64,000 nt of DNA. Source: Acidobacteriaceae bacterium (GTDB taxonomy: Bacteria; Acidobacteriota; Terriglobia; Terriglobales; Acidobacteriaceae). Both the position numbers and the translations under genes were made by a program. The stretch's first letter is position 1. Each line of letters begins with the position of its first letter. The stretch is from NCBI GenBank assembly GCA_003151435.1, contig PLXP01000144.1, positions 7,422 through 71,421 on the forward strand, read 5' to 3'. Below are positions 44,972 to 53,875 of this stretch, piece after piece. The notes beneath the pieces were generated by a model. The model made no database searches. It saw only the letters and a list, made by a program, of their open reading frames with translations, and was not told where the DNA came from.

Positions 44972-46546
44972 ATGTCCGTCGCAAACATTCCCCGGCTTTC
45001 CCCTACCCGCCGTTCTTTCTTCGCTCGCCCCCATGCGCGGCTGGGTCTGGGGCTCGCCATTGGACTTGTCATGCTGTTGATCGTGGGCCTTGTCTTCATC
45101 AGCGCCAACTGGCCCTATCGCTATCGCAAAATTCACCCTCTGCTTGAAGACGTGCTCTCCAGCCAGGTCAAGGTTTACCAGTACCATCGCACCTACTTCC
45201 CCAACCCCGGCTTTGTCGCCATCGGTCTCACGCTGCGCCGCAAGTCCGCGCCCGATCTTCCGCCTCTCGGCTCTGCGGAGAAGATGGTTGTGCAGGGCCG
45301 TTGGAGCGACCTCTTCCTGCTTCGCCAGCGCGTGCAACTCGTCGAGATCACCAACCTGCACATCGTCGTGCCGCCCATCGGAAGCCGCGCCAATCATGAA
45401 GACTTCCCGCCCGGCAGTGCCGCAGACTTTGCCGGTCCCGACACCACAATCGAACATCTGCATATTCACAACGGCGCTCTCGACATCCTGCGTAAAGATG
45501 GCGGCCGCTTCTCCTTCCCGATTCACGACCTCCATCTCCGCAACTTCGCAAAGGGCAAAGCCATGCACTACGAAGTTGATATGCAGAACGCCAAGCCCAC
45601 CGGCCTCATTCAAGCCACGGGCAGCCTCGGTCCCATCGCAGCAAAAGACATGGGCTCCACGCCGGTATCCGGTAACTTCACCTTCACCTCCGTCGCCCTT
45701 CATGACGTGGGCAACATCAGCGGAACCCTCTCTTCATCGGGTCATTTCGATGGCACCCTGGTAGCCATGGAAGCCGAGGCCAACTCCACCACCCCCGACT
45801 TCGCCGTCGACAAAGGCAGGCCCACGCCCGTTGCCGCCTCCATCCAATGCACGGTGAACGGCGTCAATGGCGACGTGAACATCCACAGCATCGAGGCAAA
45901 GATAGGCGCAACCACCATTCACGCCGTCGGCGTCGTCGCGGGCTCGCCCAAGGTCACCAACTTCGACATCTCCGTCACCGGCGGCCGCGCGGAAGACGTC
46001 CTCCGGCCCTTCATGCACAACGAGGTCCCCATCCTCGGTCCCGTTCGCCTTCACAGTCATGCCTATATCGCACCCTCCGCCAAAGGCGAAGGATTTCTTC
46101 AGCGCCTGCGCGTCGATGGCACCTTCGATGTTCCCACCGAACGCCTCACCGATAGCTCGACCCAGAAGAGCGTCTCCGACTTCAGCCAGCGCGCCCAGGG
46201 CGGCAAGGCCGACGATAAGTCCTCGCCCGATGCGCTGTCCTCCATCAAGGGTCCCGTGCAGATTCGCAACGGGATCGTCTCGTCGCCGCATCTTGTTTTT
46301 CAGGTCCCCGGCGCGGAGGCCAATGTCAGCGGCACCTTCCAACTTCACGGTCAGGTTGTCCACCTGGTTGGCGATCTCAAGATGGAGTCGGATATTTCGC
46401 ACGCCACCACCGGCTTCAAGTCGTTCCTGCTGAAACCGTTCGCGCCGTTTTTCAAGAAGCGCCGCGCCGGCGCGGTAATCCCCATTGCCGTCACCGGCAA
46501 TTCGGGCCACTACAAGGTGGGCCAGGACATTACGCATTCAAAATAG
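44972..46546 (+). CDS. AsmA-like membrane-anchored protein
   Basis: N-terminal TM anchor (LGLGLAIGLVMLLIVGLVFI) and a beta-rich body. The C-terminus NGIVSSPHLVFQVPGAEANVSGTF...VIPIAVTGNSGHYKV resembles the AsmA-family C-terminal region. The family call is tentative. Confidence 0.55.
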   Translation: MSVANIPRLSPTRRSFFARPHARLGLGLAIGLVMLLIVGLVFISANWPYRYRKIHPLLEDVLSSQVKVYQYHRTYFPNPGFVAIGLTLRRKSAPDLPPLGSAEKMVVQGRWSDLFLLRQRVQLVEITNLHIVVPPIGSRANHEDFPPGSAADFAGPDTTIEHLHIHNGALDILRKDGGRFSFPIHDLHLRNFAKGKAMHYEVDMQNAKPTGLIQATGSLGPIAAKDMGSTPVSGNFTFTSVALHDVGNISGTLSSSGHFDGTLVAMEAEANSTTPDFAVDKGRPTPVAASIQCTVNGVNGDVNIHSIEAKIGATTIHAVGVVAGSPKVTNFDISVTGGRAEDVLRPFMHNEVPILGPVRLHSHAYIAPSAKGEGFLQRLRVDGTFDVPTERLTDSSTQKSVSDFSQRAQGGKADDKSSPDALSSIKGPVQIRNGIVSSPHLVFQVPGAEANVSGTFQLHGQVVHLVGDLKMESDISHATTGFKSFLLKPFAPFFKKRRAGAVIPIAVTGNSGHYKVGQDITHSK

Positions 46547-46597
46547 AAATTGATCTCGCGATGCACGCACGCAATGCGTTCATCACGCGCTGAGTCT

Positions 46598-46885
46598 CTA
46601 TTGCGCCGCAATCCCGCGCTTCCGCCGCAGTCGGTACATCAACGTCAGCAGCGTCACCGTGCCGCAACTTAACAAGCTCGCCGCCATGCCGAGAATCAGC
46701 GACAGATCGTGCTGATAACTTCCGTGCACAATCCCGATCGCCTGCAGCACGCTAAAGCCCCCAAACGTGATCAGCGACACGCCCTCATCGGTCTTCTTGC
46801 GCCACACCGCCAGCGCCTGCGGCACAAACAGCAGCGCATTGCACAGCAGCCCCAACCCGAAAATCACGGCGACAATCTGCTTCAT
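46598..46885 (-). CDS. SemiSWEET / PQ-loop family small transporter
   Basis: 95 aa with three TM helices. PQ motif in LFVPQALAVWRKKTDEGVSL, and size typical of bacterial SemiSWEETs. Confidence 0.6.
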   Translation of the reverse strand: MKQIVAVIFGLGLLCNALLFVPQALAVWRKKTDEGVSLITFGGFSVLQAIGIVHGSYQHDLSLILGMAASLLSCGTVTLLTLMYRLRRKRGIAAQ

Positions 46886-47073
46886 TCTTTGCTTTCTCCC
46901 ACGGTCTATCGCTCTATGTTCCCACTCCGCACAAGAGTCGTCATTATCCCTTCTTTCGAAAAGGTTGCCTGCGCTTCTGCGAATAAGTGTCTAAAATCAC
47001 GCAAATTGTTCGCATTATTCCAAGGAATATCCGTGGCGCAACTAAACGGGAGCACCGGTGCATCACAGTCACG

Positions 47074-47907
47074 ATGCGCTTAAAGACTTCAAACTCGTTT
47101 TGGATCGCGGTTGGTGCGGCGCTCATCGCTCTTGTGCTTCTCGTCCGTTGGAACAGCGGACAAGTGCAAGCGCAAACGCAGGCCCCCGCATCGCTGGCTG
47201 CGGCTCAACCTCAGCCTGAGATCAAGTCCGCGCCGCCCACGCCCATCGCCGAGAAGAAGGCTGAGTTGGGCGACGACGAGACTTGGCAGCCCGAGTGGGA
47301 CGGCATTGTCGAAAAGGCGCTCCCGCGCGAGTTGTTGTCTTCTCGAGTGGCGCGCGCGGTCAAGCCCTTGTGCCCGCGATTTAATTCTATGAGGGAAGTC
47401 GACAAGCGCGCCTATTGGGCCTACTTCTTCCAGGCGCTTTCCGGAGCTGAGGCTGGCCTCAAGCCCACTGCAGACGTGCGCCACACCGAGCCTGATGTCG
47501 CTGTGAAAGACGAGGTCACTCACCGCATCGCGCGCCAGCAAGGCTTGCTCCAGTTGGCCTACATGGATTCTGAGCGCTACGGCTGCGACTTCGATTGGGA
47601 GAAGGACAAGGAACTCGCCGAGCACGATCCGTCCAAGACCATCCTGCAACCGCAGAATAATCTTCTTTGCGGAGTGAAGATCCTCAAGAACCAGCTCATC
47701 GATCAGCACAAGCCGCTCCTCAGCAGCACCAGTTACTGGTCCACTCTGCAACCCGGAACGATCAGCGTCAAAGTGTTTCTCAAGCAGATGGCCAATGTCC
47801 CCGCAGCCTGTGGCCGCCGCCCCGTGCGCGGTGAACAAAAGCCTGGGCCGGCACGCGAGGAGTCCACAGCGTCAGTCCCGTCCCAAACCATCGCTGCCGC
47901 GCATTAA
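47074..47907 (+). CDS. Secreted protein with weak lytic-transglycosylase (SLT)-like motifs
   Basis: ATG 47074 gives the signal anchor MRLKTSNSFWIAVGAALIALVLLV. GAEAGLKP (compare ESGFNP) and QGLLQLAY (compare GLMQ). The assignment is weak. Confidence 0.45.
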   Translation: MRLKTSNSFWIAVGAALIALVLLVRWNSGQVQAQTQAPASLAAAQPQPEIKSAPPTPIAEKKAELGDDETWQPEWDGIVEKALPRELLSSRVARAVKPLCPRFNSMREVDKRAYWAYFFQALSGAEAGLKPTADVRHTEPDVAVKDEVTHRIARQQGLLQLAYMDSERYGCDFDWEKDKELAEHDPSKTILQPQNNLLCGVKILKNQLIDQHKPLLSSTSYWSTLQPGTISVKVFLKQMANVPAACGRRPVRGEQKPGPAREESTASVPSQTIAAAH

Positions 47908-48022
47908 ATTGCAGGCCTGCGGCCCGGGCCCTTCAATCCGGGCCTGAAAGTCAGCATCCCCCATCACCGTTCCGCAATTTCCAAACCTGTAGAATGTGCA
48001 TAGCGCATCGTCAGGTCAATCC

Positions 48023-48916
48023 ATGAATTATTTCGATCAGGTTTCTGAAGCAGCTGCATTCTTGCGCAGCAGGATATCGCCTCCCTCGGCCACGTTTGCT
48101 CCATGCATCGGCATCGTGCTGGGCTCCGGGCTGGGCGCAGTGGCTGACGCCATCACTGAACCCGCCGTCGTTCCCTATGCCGAAATCCCCCATTTCCCGC
48201 AATCCACAGTCGAGGGTCATTCGGGATGCATCGTAGCCGGCCAACTGGCAGGCGTGCCCGTCGTCGTCATGCAGGGCCGGGTACATTTCTACGAGGGTTA
48301 CACGCCCCTCCAGGTCACGTTTCCCATGCGCGTTCTGGGCGCGCTCGGCCTCCGCGCCGTCATCCTCACCAACGCTGCCGGCGGCATCGAAGAAGGCTAT
48401 CGCGTCGGCCAACTCGTGGCCCTTTCAGATCACATCAACTTCATGGGCTGGAACCCCCTCACCGGTCCCAACGAGCCCCGCTTCGGTTTCACCCCCGACG
48501 CCGGCCTCCGCTTCTTCGACATGACCGAGGCCTACAGCAAGCGCTTCCGCGATTTCGCCAAAGAAGCCGCATCGGGAGAAGGATTCTCGCTCAAAGAAGG
48601 TGTATATCTGGCTACACCCGGGCCCTGCTTCGAAACACCCGCCGAAGTCCGCGCCTTTCGCGGGCTGGGCGCCACGCTGGTTGGCATGTCCACTGTGCCT
48701 GAGACCATCGTCGCCCGCCACATGGGCCTCGAGGTGCTCGGCATCTCCTGCGTGACCAACCTCGCCGCCGGTCTCGGTAAAACGCAGCTTAACCACGAAG
48801 AGGTCTTTGAGGCGGGCCGCCAGGTCGAACAGCGCCTCGCCGGCCTCCTCAAGCGCCTCGCGCCCAAAATCTCCGCCGCCCTGTGCAGCGATGTGAAAAC
48901 GGAAAAGAAGCAGTGA
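48023..48916 (+). CDS. punA: Purine nucleoside phosphorylase (trimeric PNP/PunA type)
   Basis: MNYFDQVSEAAAFL, GIVLGSGLG, STVEGHSG, QGRVHFYEGY, TNAAGG and GMSTVPETIVARHMG. Confidence 0.85.
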   Translation: MNYFDQVSEAAAFLRSRISPPSATFAPCIGIVLGSGLGAVADAITEPAVVPYAEIPHFPQSTVEGHSGCIVAGQLAGVPVVVMQGRVHFYEGYTPLQVTFPMRVLGALGLRAVILTNAAGGIEEGYRVGQLVALSDHINFMGWNPLTGPNEPRFGFTPDAGLRFFDMTEAYSKRFRDFAKEAASGEGFSLKEGVYLATPGPCFETPAEVRAFRGLGATLVGMSTVPETIVARHMGLEVLGISCVTNLAAGLGKTQLNHEEVFEAGRQVEQRLAGLLKRLAPKISAALCSDVKTEKKQ

Positions 48917-49575
48917 GCGAAGCCACAGCGCGCACACAGCGCTTGCCCTTTCCGCCGGTCGTATTGGGAATCGCCGGCTGTTCCGGCTCCGGGAAAACCA
49001 CACTGGCCGCCGAACTGGCCCGCACTCTTGAAGGGATCCATTTCCCGCTCGACAACTACTACCGCGACCTTTCTCATCTGCCGCGGGCCCAGCGCATACT
49101 GCAGAACTTCGACGATCCCGCTCTCATTGAGAGCTCTCTGCTGGCGGCCCACGTCGCAGCCCTGGCGCGCGGAGAAACCATCGAACGCCCGCTCTACGAC
49201 TTCTCCAACCACACCCGCGTTCCCGATCGCACAGATACGGTGCATGCCGGAGCCTTCCTCATCGTGGAGGGCCTGTTCGCGCTCGTTTATCCGCCCTTGC
49301 TTCCGCTCTACCAATTGCGCGTTTATGTCGAAACACCCGACGACGTGTGCTTCGAACGCCGCATGCGGCGCGATATTGAAGAGCGCGGCCGCACGCCGGA
49401 GTCGGTGCGCTGTCAGTATGAAGCCACCGTTCGCCCCTCGAGTCTCGCCTGGGTGCGACCCTCGGCCGCCAACGCCGACCTCACCGTCGACGGCACCGGC
49501 GCCCTCGACTGGAAGGTGGAACGAGTCCTCACGGAGTTGCGTAGAAAGGGATACGCGCTGGGCTTCCCGGATTGA
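48913..49575 (+). CDS. udk: Uridine kinase
   Basis: GTG 48913 overlaps the punA stop (GTGA). P-loop VLGIAGCSGSGKTTLA, NFDDPALIE, and RRMRRDIEERGRT. Confidence 0.8.
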   Translation: MSEATARTQRLPFPPVVLGIAGCSGSGKTTLAAELARTLEGIHFPLDNYYRDLSHLPRAQRILQNFDDPALIESSLLAAHVAALARGETIERPLYDFSNHTRVPDRTDTVHAGAFLIVEGLFALVYPPLLPLYQLRVYVETPDDVCFERRMRRDIEERGRTPESVRCQYEATVRPSSLAWVRPSAANADLTVDGTGALDWKVERVLTELRRKGYALGFPD

Positions 49576-49669
49576 CATCGCAACTTTCGCTGCCCAATCG
49601 GGTCCCACTCACTAAAGATTCGTCATCGCGTCATCTTTGCGGTGCATCTATGACGATAGGGTAGGGGAG

Positions 49670-50170
49670 ATGCAAACGTCCGTGGAGACTCTCGAGTCAC
49701 TCAAGCAGAAGGCGACCCTGTGGCTGCGGCAAGGCATCTCGCCGCGCCGCCTCGCCCTCACGCTTGCGCTCGGATTCGGTCTCGGTTGCATCCCGGTTGT
49801 TGGCATTCCCACGGCTCTATGCGCTATGGTGGCCCTCGCCTTCCGGCTCAATCAGCCCGCCATTCAGGCTGCAAACTACGCCGCGATGCCGTTTCAGTTG
49901 GCGCTCATTGTGCCTTTCGTGCGGCTCGGCGCCTGGCTCGTCCCCTCGGTCGCACACTCCTCCATCAACCTCGCCGCCGTGATGCACGCGCCCCTCAGCA
50001 CCGTGACTCACGCGCCGGTTCAAGTGGTGGCACAGCTTGAGGTGCTGGCCGGACAGGCTCTGCTGGGCTGGCTGCTCGTGGCCATACCGGTGGTATTGCT
50101 GCTCACCGCCACACTCACCGTGCTGCTTCGCCGCATTCCGGCTCTAGCCGCCGTCGAAGCCGCCGACTGA
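49670..50170 (+). CDS. DUF2062 domain-containing membrane protein
   Basis: GISPRRLALTLALGFGLGCIPVVGIPTALCAMVALAFRLNQPAIQAANY matches the DUF2062 core. The start is uncertain (ATG 49670 or TTG 49637). Confidence 0.7.
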   Translation: MQTSVETLESLKQKATLWLRQGISPRRLALTLALGFGLGCIPVVGIPTALCAMVALAFRLNQPAIQAANYAAMPFQLALIVPFVRLGAWLVPSVAHSSINLAAVMHAPLSTVTHAPVQVVAQLEVLAGQALLGWLLVAIPVVLLLTATLTVLLRRIPALAAVEAAD

Positions 50171-50175
50171 ACGCG

Positions 50176-50203
50176 CCCCTGATCCCTGATCCCTGTTCCC
50201 TGT
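50176..50203. repeat. Heptanucleotide tandem array (TCCCTGW, 4 copies)
   Basis: CCCCTGA TCCCTGA TCCCTGT TCCCTGT fills the 39-nt gap between convergent stops at 50170 and 50210. Confidence 0.7.
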
Positions 50204-50209
50204 TCTTAG

Positions 50210-51130
50210 TCACTTCCCGGCATACGGATCCGGCACGACCTTTGCGCTATCCAGCCACGCCGTATAAATCATGTCGCGCAACATGCTCGCGCCGGCCGCC
50301 AGCCGGTCTGCCGTAAACTGCCGCGACTCCGGGCTTCCCGCACCCACAAACCCACCCGCCTTCTCCAGTTGGTACACCTTCTCCATATAGGTCGCTGTAT
50401 GGCGAAGGTAGGCCACGTAACTGTCGAACATGTCCCCATCAACCGCATGGGGCTGCGTCATCTTCGCCTGCACTTCGGGTGCACGCAGGTTGGCACCCAC
50501 GAACGGCCCCTCAAACTGCCAATGAATCTGGTGAGCGGTGGTGTAGCCGTTGGGGTTAGCCCCGGTCCAGCCGTTGTACTGGATCGTTGTGTGCAGAGGC
50601 TGCGCCGCGTCCCCCACATAGTGGCCCAACCAGCCGGCGTAGAATAGCGCCGCCTGTTCCACAGCTCGCGTATCCTGGTGCGCTGCCGAAAGATTCCGAT
50701 GCTCGCGCAGTGCGGCCTTCAGACGCTCCCACACCTCGGTAGCCTCCCAGGGCTGCAGACCGATCTTCTCGGGCCGTTGGCCAGCGGAAAACACCTTGGC
50801 TTCAAAGTCGAGCCTGCGATGCGGTAGGGGACCAAGCGCGTCCGCCAGCTCCAGATCGATAAAGTGCTCGGGAGCCTGCACCGCGCTCAACTCCGGTTCA
50901 GCCGGGGAGCGCCAACGGTCGGGCTCGGGACCGAGGTACTCAATCTCGTTCACCGCAGACTCGGCGCGCAGAAACGCAGGAACATCTGCCGGCAGTGTCT
51001 GAGCCGCAAGCCGGTTGATGAGACGGTGGCCCTCATTGCCCCAGGCATGGGCGGCAGTCGGCTGAAAGCCAAGAAGGAACAGCACCACAATCGCCGCGGC
51101 AACGGCACGAAAACCCCTGGAATTCTGCAT
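50210..51130 (-). CDS. Secreted S1/P1-family zinc nuclease
   Basis: The signal peptide ends ...TAAHA, followed by WGNEGHRLI (N-terminal Trp ligand). APEHFIDLE and LGHYVGDAAQPLHTT (HxxGDxxQPLH). Confidence 0.8.
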   Translation of the reverse strand: MQNSRGFRAVAAAIVVLFLLGFQPTAAHAWGNEGHRLINRLAAQTLPADVPAFLRAESAVNEIEYLGPEPDRWRSPAEPELSAVQAPEHFIDLELADALGPLPHRRLDFEAKVFSAGQRPEKIGLQPWEATEVWERLKAALREHRNLSAAHQDTRAVEQAALFYAGWLGHYVGDAAQPLHTTIQYNGWTGANPNGYTTAHQIHWQFEGPFVGANLRAPEVQAKMTQPHAVDGDMFDSYVAYLRHTATYMEKVYQLEKAGGFVGAGSPESRQFTADRLAAGASMLRDMIYTAWLDSAKVVPDPYAGK

Positions 51131-51536
51131 GTCGCAAGTATACGGCGGCCCCTGCGCACTCATCTGTGAGAATCCCGCCAGCCCTCAACCAGAGTCTGGG
51201 GAGTTTCAAGCGGCGCGCTTCCTTTTCTTTTGCCCCAATTTTTTCTTCCAGGTCACAAAATCCGCGCGTTTCGTGCGAAAAGGAAGCTAGTTCTGTGATG
51301 TCAACACATCTATTGATAATGCAAATACGATCTTGAGTCCCGACGCTACCTTTCCAAGACTTCGTGATGTGAGACATTGCCAGTCGTATTTTCGGAGGGC
51401 TAGTATTCCGGTTAGTTCGACCGGGTGCAACCTATTTCAACCCGGCTGTACGCCAGCATGCAGTTGTTCCCAAGGGTTAATCCGAGTTCCACAAACCAGC
51501 GGCGGTTACCGGCTGTCGCATAGGGAGTGTCTCAAT

Positions 51537-52358
51537 ATGGCATGGTATGCCTACTGCATTGGTGAAAAGCAAGCCTTTCCTGAATTGGCCCGTCATCGCA
51601 AACCCGTTCCAATGGAATCTGTCCTCGGCGTTAGCGGAAATCAAGTTTTTCTTTATCCTGCCAGCGACCTCGCCGTCATCGTCAGCGAACATAATCCAGC
51701 AGAAAGCCTTAACCAGAAATCCGGCATGGACCATGCCCGGGTGATCGCCGATTGTTTTCAGCACTCGACGGTGCTGCCGTTCCGCTTTGGAACGGTCTTC
51801 AATGACGATGAGGCCCTTCGCAAATCCATTCGATCCAACCAGCGCCAGTTTCTTAACAATATCGAAAAGCTGCGTGGCAAGACCGAAATGCACCTCAAGA
51901 TCGTCGTGGACGATTGCTGCACCCGCGACATCGGCAAGCACCTTCCCGCTGAGGGGGTGGGACGCGAATATCTGACCAACCTGCGTGAAAATGCAGTGCG
52001 GCAGCGTGAGCGCCAGACACGGGCACGGGCGGTCAGCTTCCAGATGCACCGCCAGTTCCTGCCCCTTGACGAGGAGGTCAGTTGCCGCCTCACTGAAAGC
52101 GGCAAGATGGTGCTCGACATCGCGCACCTTATTGACCGCAAGTACGTGGAACGCTACCAGAACAAGTTCGCCACCACCAGCGCCATGATGCGGGAATGCC
52201 AGATGCAGATTTCCGGCCCCTGGCCCCCCTACCACTTCGTCCACCGGCTCACACGCGGAAACGCCTCTTCGTCAACGCCTGCTGTCCCCACGCCGCATGC
52301 GCCTTCCGCCACCACGCCGGCCATCCAAATCACGGAGCCCGTTGCCGTTATGGCGTAA
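51537..52358 (+). CDS. GvpL/GvpF family protein (orphan)
   Basis: AGGGAG SD 9 nt before ATG 51537. MAWYAYCIG, STVLPFRFGTVF and ISGPWPPYHF are GvpL/GvpF family signatures. Confidence 0.75.
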   Translation: MAWYAYCIGEKQAFPELARHRKPVPMESVLGVSGNQVFLYPASDLAVIVSEHNPAESLNQKSGMDHARVIADCFQHSTVLPFRFGTVFNDDEALRKSIRSNQRQFLNNIEKLRGKTEMHLKIVVDDCCTRDIGKHLPAEGVGREYLTNLRENAVRQRERQTRARAVSFQMHRQFLPLDEEVSCRLTESGKMVLDIAHLIDRKYVERYQNKFATTSAMMRECQMQISGPWPPYHFVHRLTRGNASSSTPAVPTPHAPSATTPAIQITEPVAVMA

Positions 52359-52394
52359 GCCACTCGACCATCGGTGCTCCACCCTCGCGAACAA

Positions 52395-52420
52395 AAAGCC
52401 CCGGCCAATGCCGGGGCTTT
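52395..52420. terminator. Bidirectional rho-independent terminator
   Basis: AAAGCCCCGGC-CAAT-GCCGGGGCTTT, flanked by an A-tract on the left and TTCATTTT on the right. It lies between the convergent gvpL-like and pgsA genes. Confidence 0.8.
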
Positions 52421-52478
52421 CATTTTCCGTGCTTCCGCTTTTATTGAACCGGATGCCGCAGACCTCTCGGTCTCAACT

Positions 52479-53126
52479 TCAATTCGTGCTGGTCGTCCCC
52501 GCACTCTTGCGCCGCGTCAGCACAAACGATTTCCGGCGGTCCTTCGATGCGTGATCGATCTTCTTCCAGAAGCCCACGAAATAATCGATCGCGGAAATCG
52601 TCGAGACTCCCACCGTGAAGTAAATCGCCGTTACCGCAGTCCATTTCACCGGAATAATGAGCCACCCAATACTCCACTGGAACCAGTGATGGGCCAGGAT
52701 CGCGGAGACCACGGAGACAATCTGGATCACGGTCTTGAGCTTTCCCAGATCGCTTGCCTGGATCGTAAAGCCCTCTGAAGCCGCAATCGAGCGCAGGCCG
52801 GAGATGAGGAATTCGCGGCCAATAATCACCACCGCAATCCACACCTTCACCACGTCAGGGTTATAAGCCACCAGGGCGATGAGTGCGGCGGTCACCATGA
52901 TTTTGTCCGCTAGCGGATCCAGCAGCATGCCTATTGTCGTGATCTGGCCCCGCTTGCGCGCCAGGTAGCCATCCACGCCGTCGGTGATGGAGGCCAGCAC
53001 AAACAGCACAGAAGCCACAATCTCCTGCTCTCCGTGACCCTGCCACATAAAATGCGGCGACAGGATCCAGAGCAGGAGCGGAATCATGACGATTCTGCTC
53101 ATCGTGATGGAATTGGGCAAATTCAC
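52479..53126 (-). CDS. pgsA: CDP-diacylglycerol--glycerol-3-phosphate 3-phosphatidyltransferase
   Basis: The CDP-alcohol phosphatidyltransferase motif DGVDGYLARKRGQITTIGMLLDPLADK. N-terminal MNLPNSITMSRI. Confidence 0.85.
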   Translation of the reverse strand: MNLPNSITMSRIVMIPLLLWILSPHFMWQGHGEQEIVASVLFVLASITDGVDGYLARKRGQITTIGMLLDPLADKIMVTAALIALVAYNPDVVKVWIAVVIIGREFLISGLRSIAASEGFTIQASDLGKLKTVIQIVSVVSAILAHHWFQWSIGWLIIPVKWTAVTAIYFTVGVSTISAIDYFVGFWKKIDHASKDRRKSFVLTRRKSAGTTSTN

Positions 53127-53280
53127 GGGCTTTTGTACCGCCGGAACTCGATATCCGGTTTTGCTCCATTATTGCACCGCAGGCCAAACCGCGCTGCCGC
53201 CTCCCACCGCGGTGGCGTAATGACCCATTGACGATCTGACCGTGCTTCTGTGCGACTATCCTGGTGCGGCATCCGTGTAG

Positions 53281-53700
53281 CTACGGCACCACCGGCATCG
53301 GTGGGAATTTCGCTTTGTTGTTTTCAAACTGGCTGTGCATGATCACCGCAACCGCAACGCTGGCGCCAATGCTGCCCGCAATCAGCGCCACCGCCGCTTT
53401 GTTTGACAAACCCGTGCGCAGGCGCAGCACATCGCCGTACGCGACCGTTGTGATCTCAGGATAGTTTTGAAGTTGCAAGCCGAACGACTGCTCCTCGATG
53501 GAAGTAATTCTGCCCACAAGAGCAAGCCCATTTTTCTCTTCCACGCAGATCCAGTTCCCCACGCCTCGCTTCACAATCCGTGCATGAATGGCCTCGGGGT
53601 TCACCGGCTTTGGCGAGGCCTGGGCCAGCGTTGGAGCCATCAGCGCACAAATTAGCGCAATACCAGCCCCCCTTACGAAGGCATGGACTAAGCTCTTCAT
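53281..53700 (-). CDS. Hypothetical protein with signal peptide and C-terminal TM segment
   Basis: ATG 53700 lies 6 nt after AAGGAG. MKSLVHAFVRGAGIALICALMAPTLAQA. The C-terminal hydrophobic stretch is AAVALIAGSIGASVAVAVIM. Confidence 0.5.
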   Translation of the reverse strand: MKSLVHAFVRGAGIALICALMAPTLAQASPKPVNPEAIHARIVKRGVGNWICVEEKNGLALVGRITSIEEQSFGLQLQNYPEITTVAYGDVLRLRTGLSNKAAVALIAGSIGASVAVAVIMHSQFENNKAKFPPMPVVP

Positions 53701-53875
53701 ATTCATCTCCTTGCGGTTCTTTGTCTCTGCTTTCACAAACAGCACACCGCAGGATTAGTTGCGTCGGTTAACCAAATAACACCAAAACAAAAGCGGGACG
53801 AACCCCGAAGGGCCCATCCCGCTCTTGCCTTGCTTTGACTGATCTTAGAATCGATCGATCCCAAGTACGGTCGTG

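Noticed and set aside
44667-45080. Track ORFs 44667-44876 (minus) and 44727-45080 (plus) in the long spacer before the AsmA-like gene.
   Set aside because: They overlap each other and the repeat and palindrome-rich spacer. They have an Arg/Pro/Ser-rich composition and no SD, so they are treated as non-coding.
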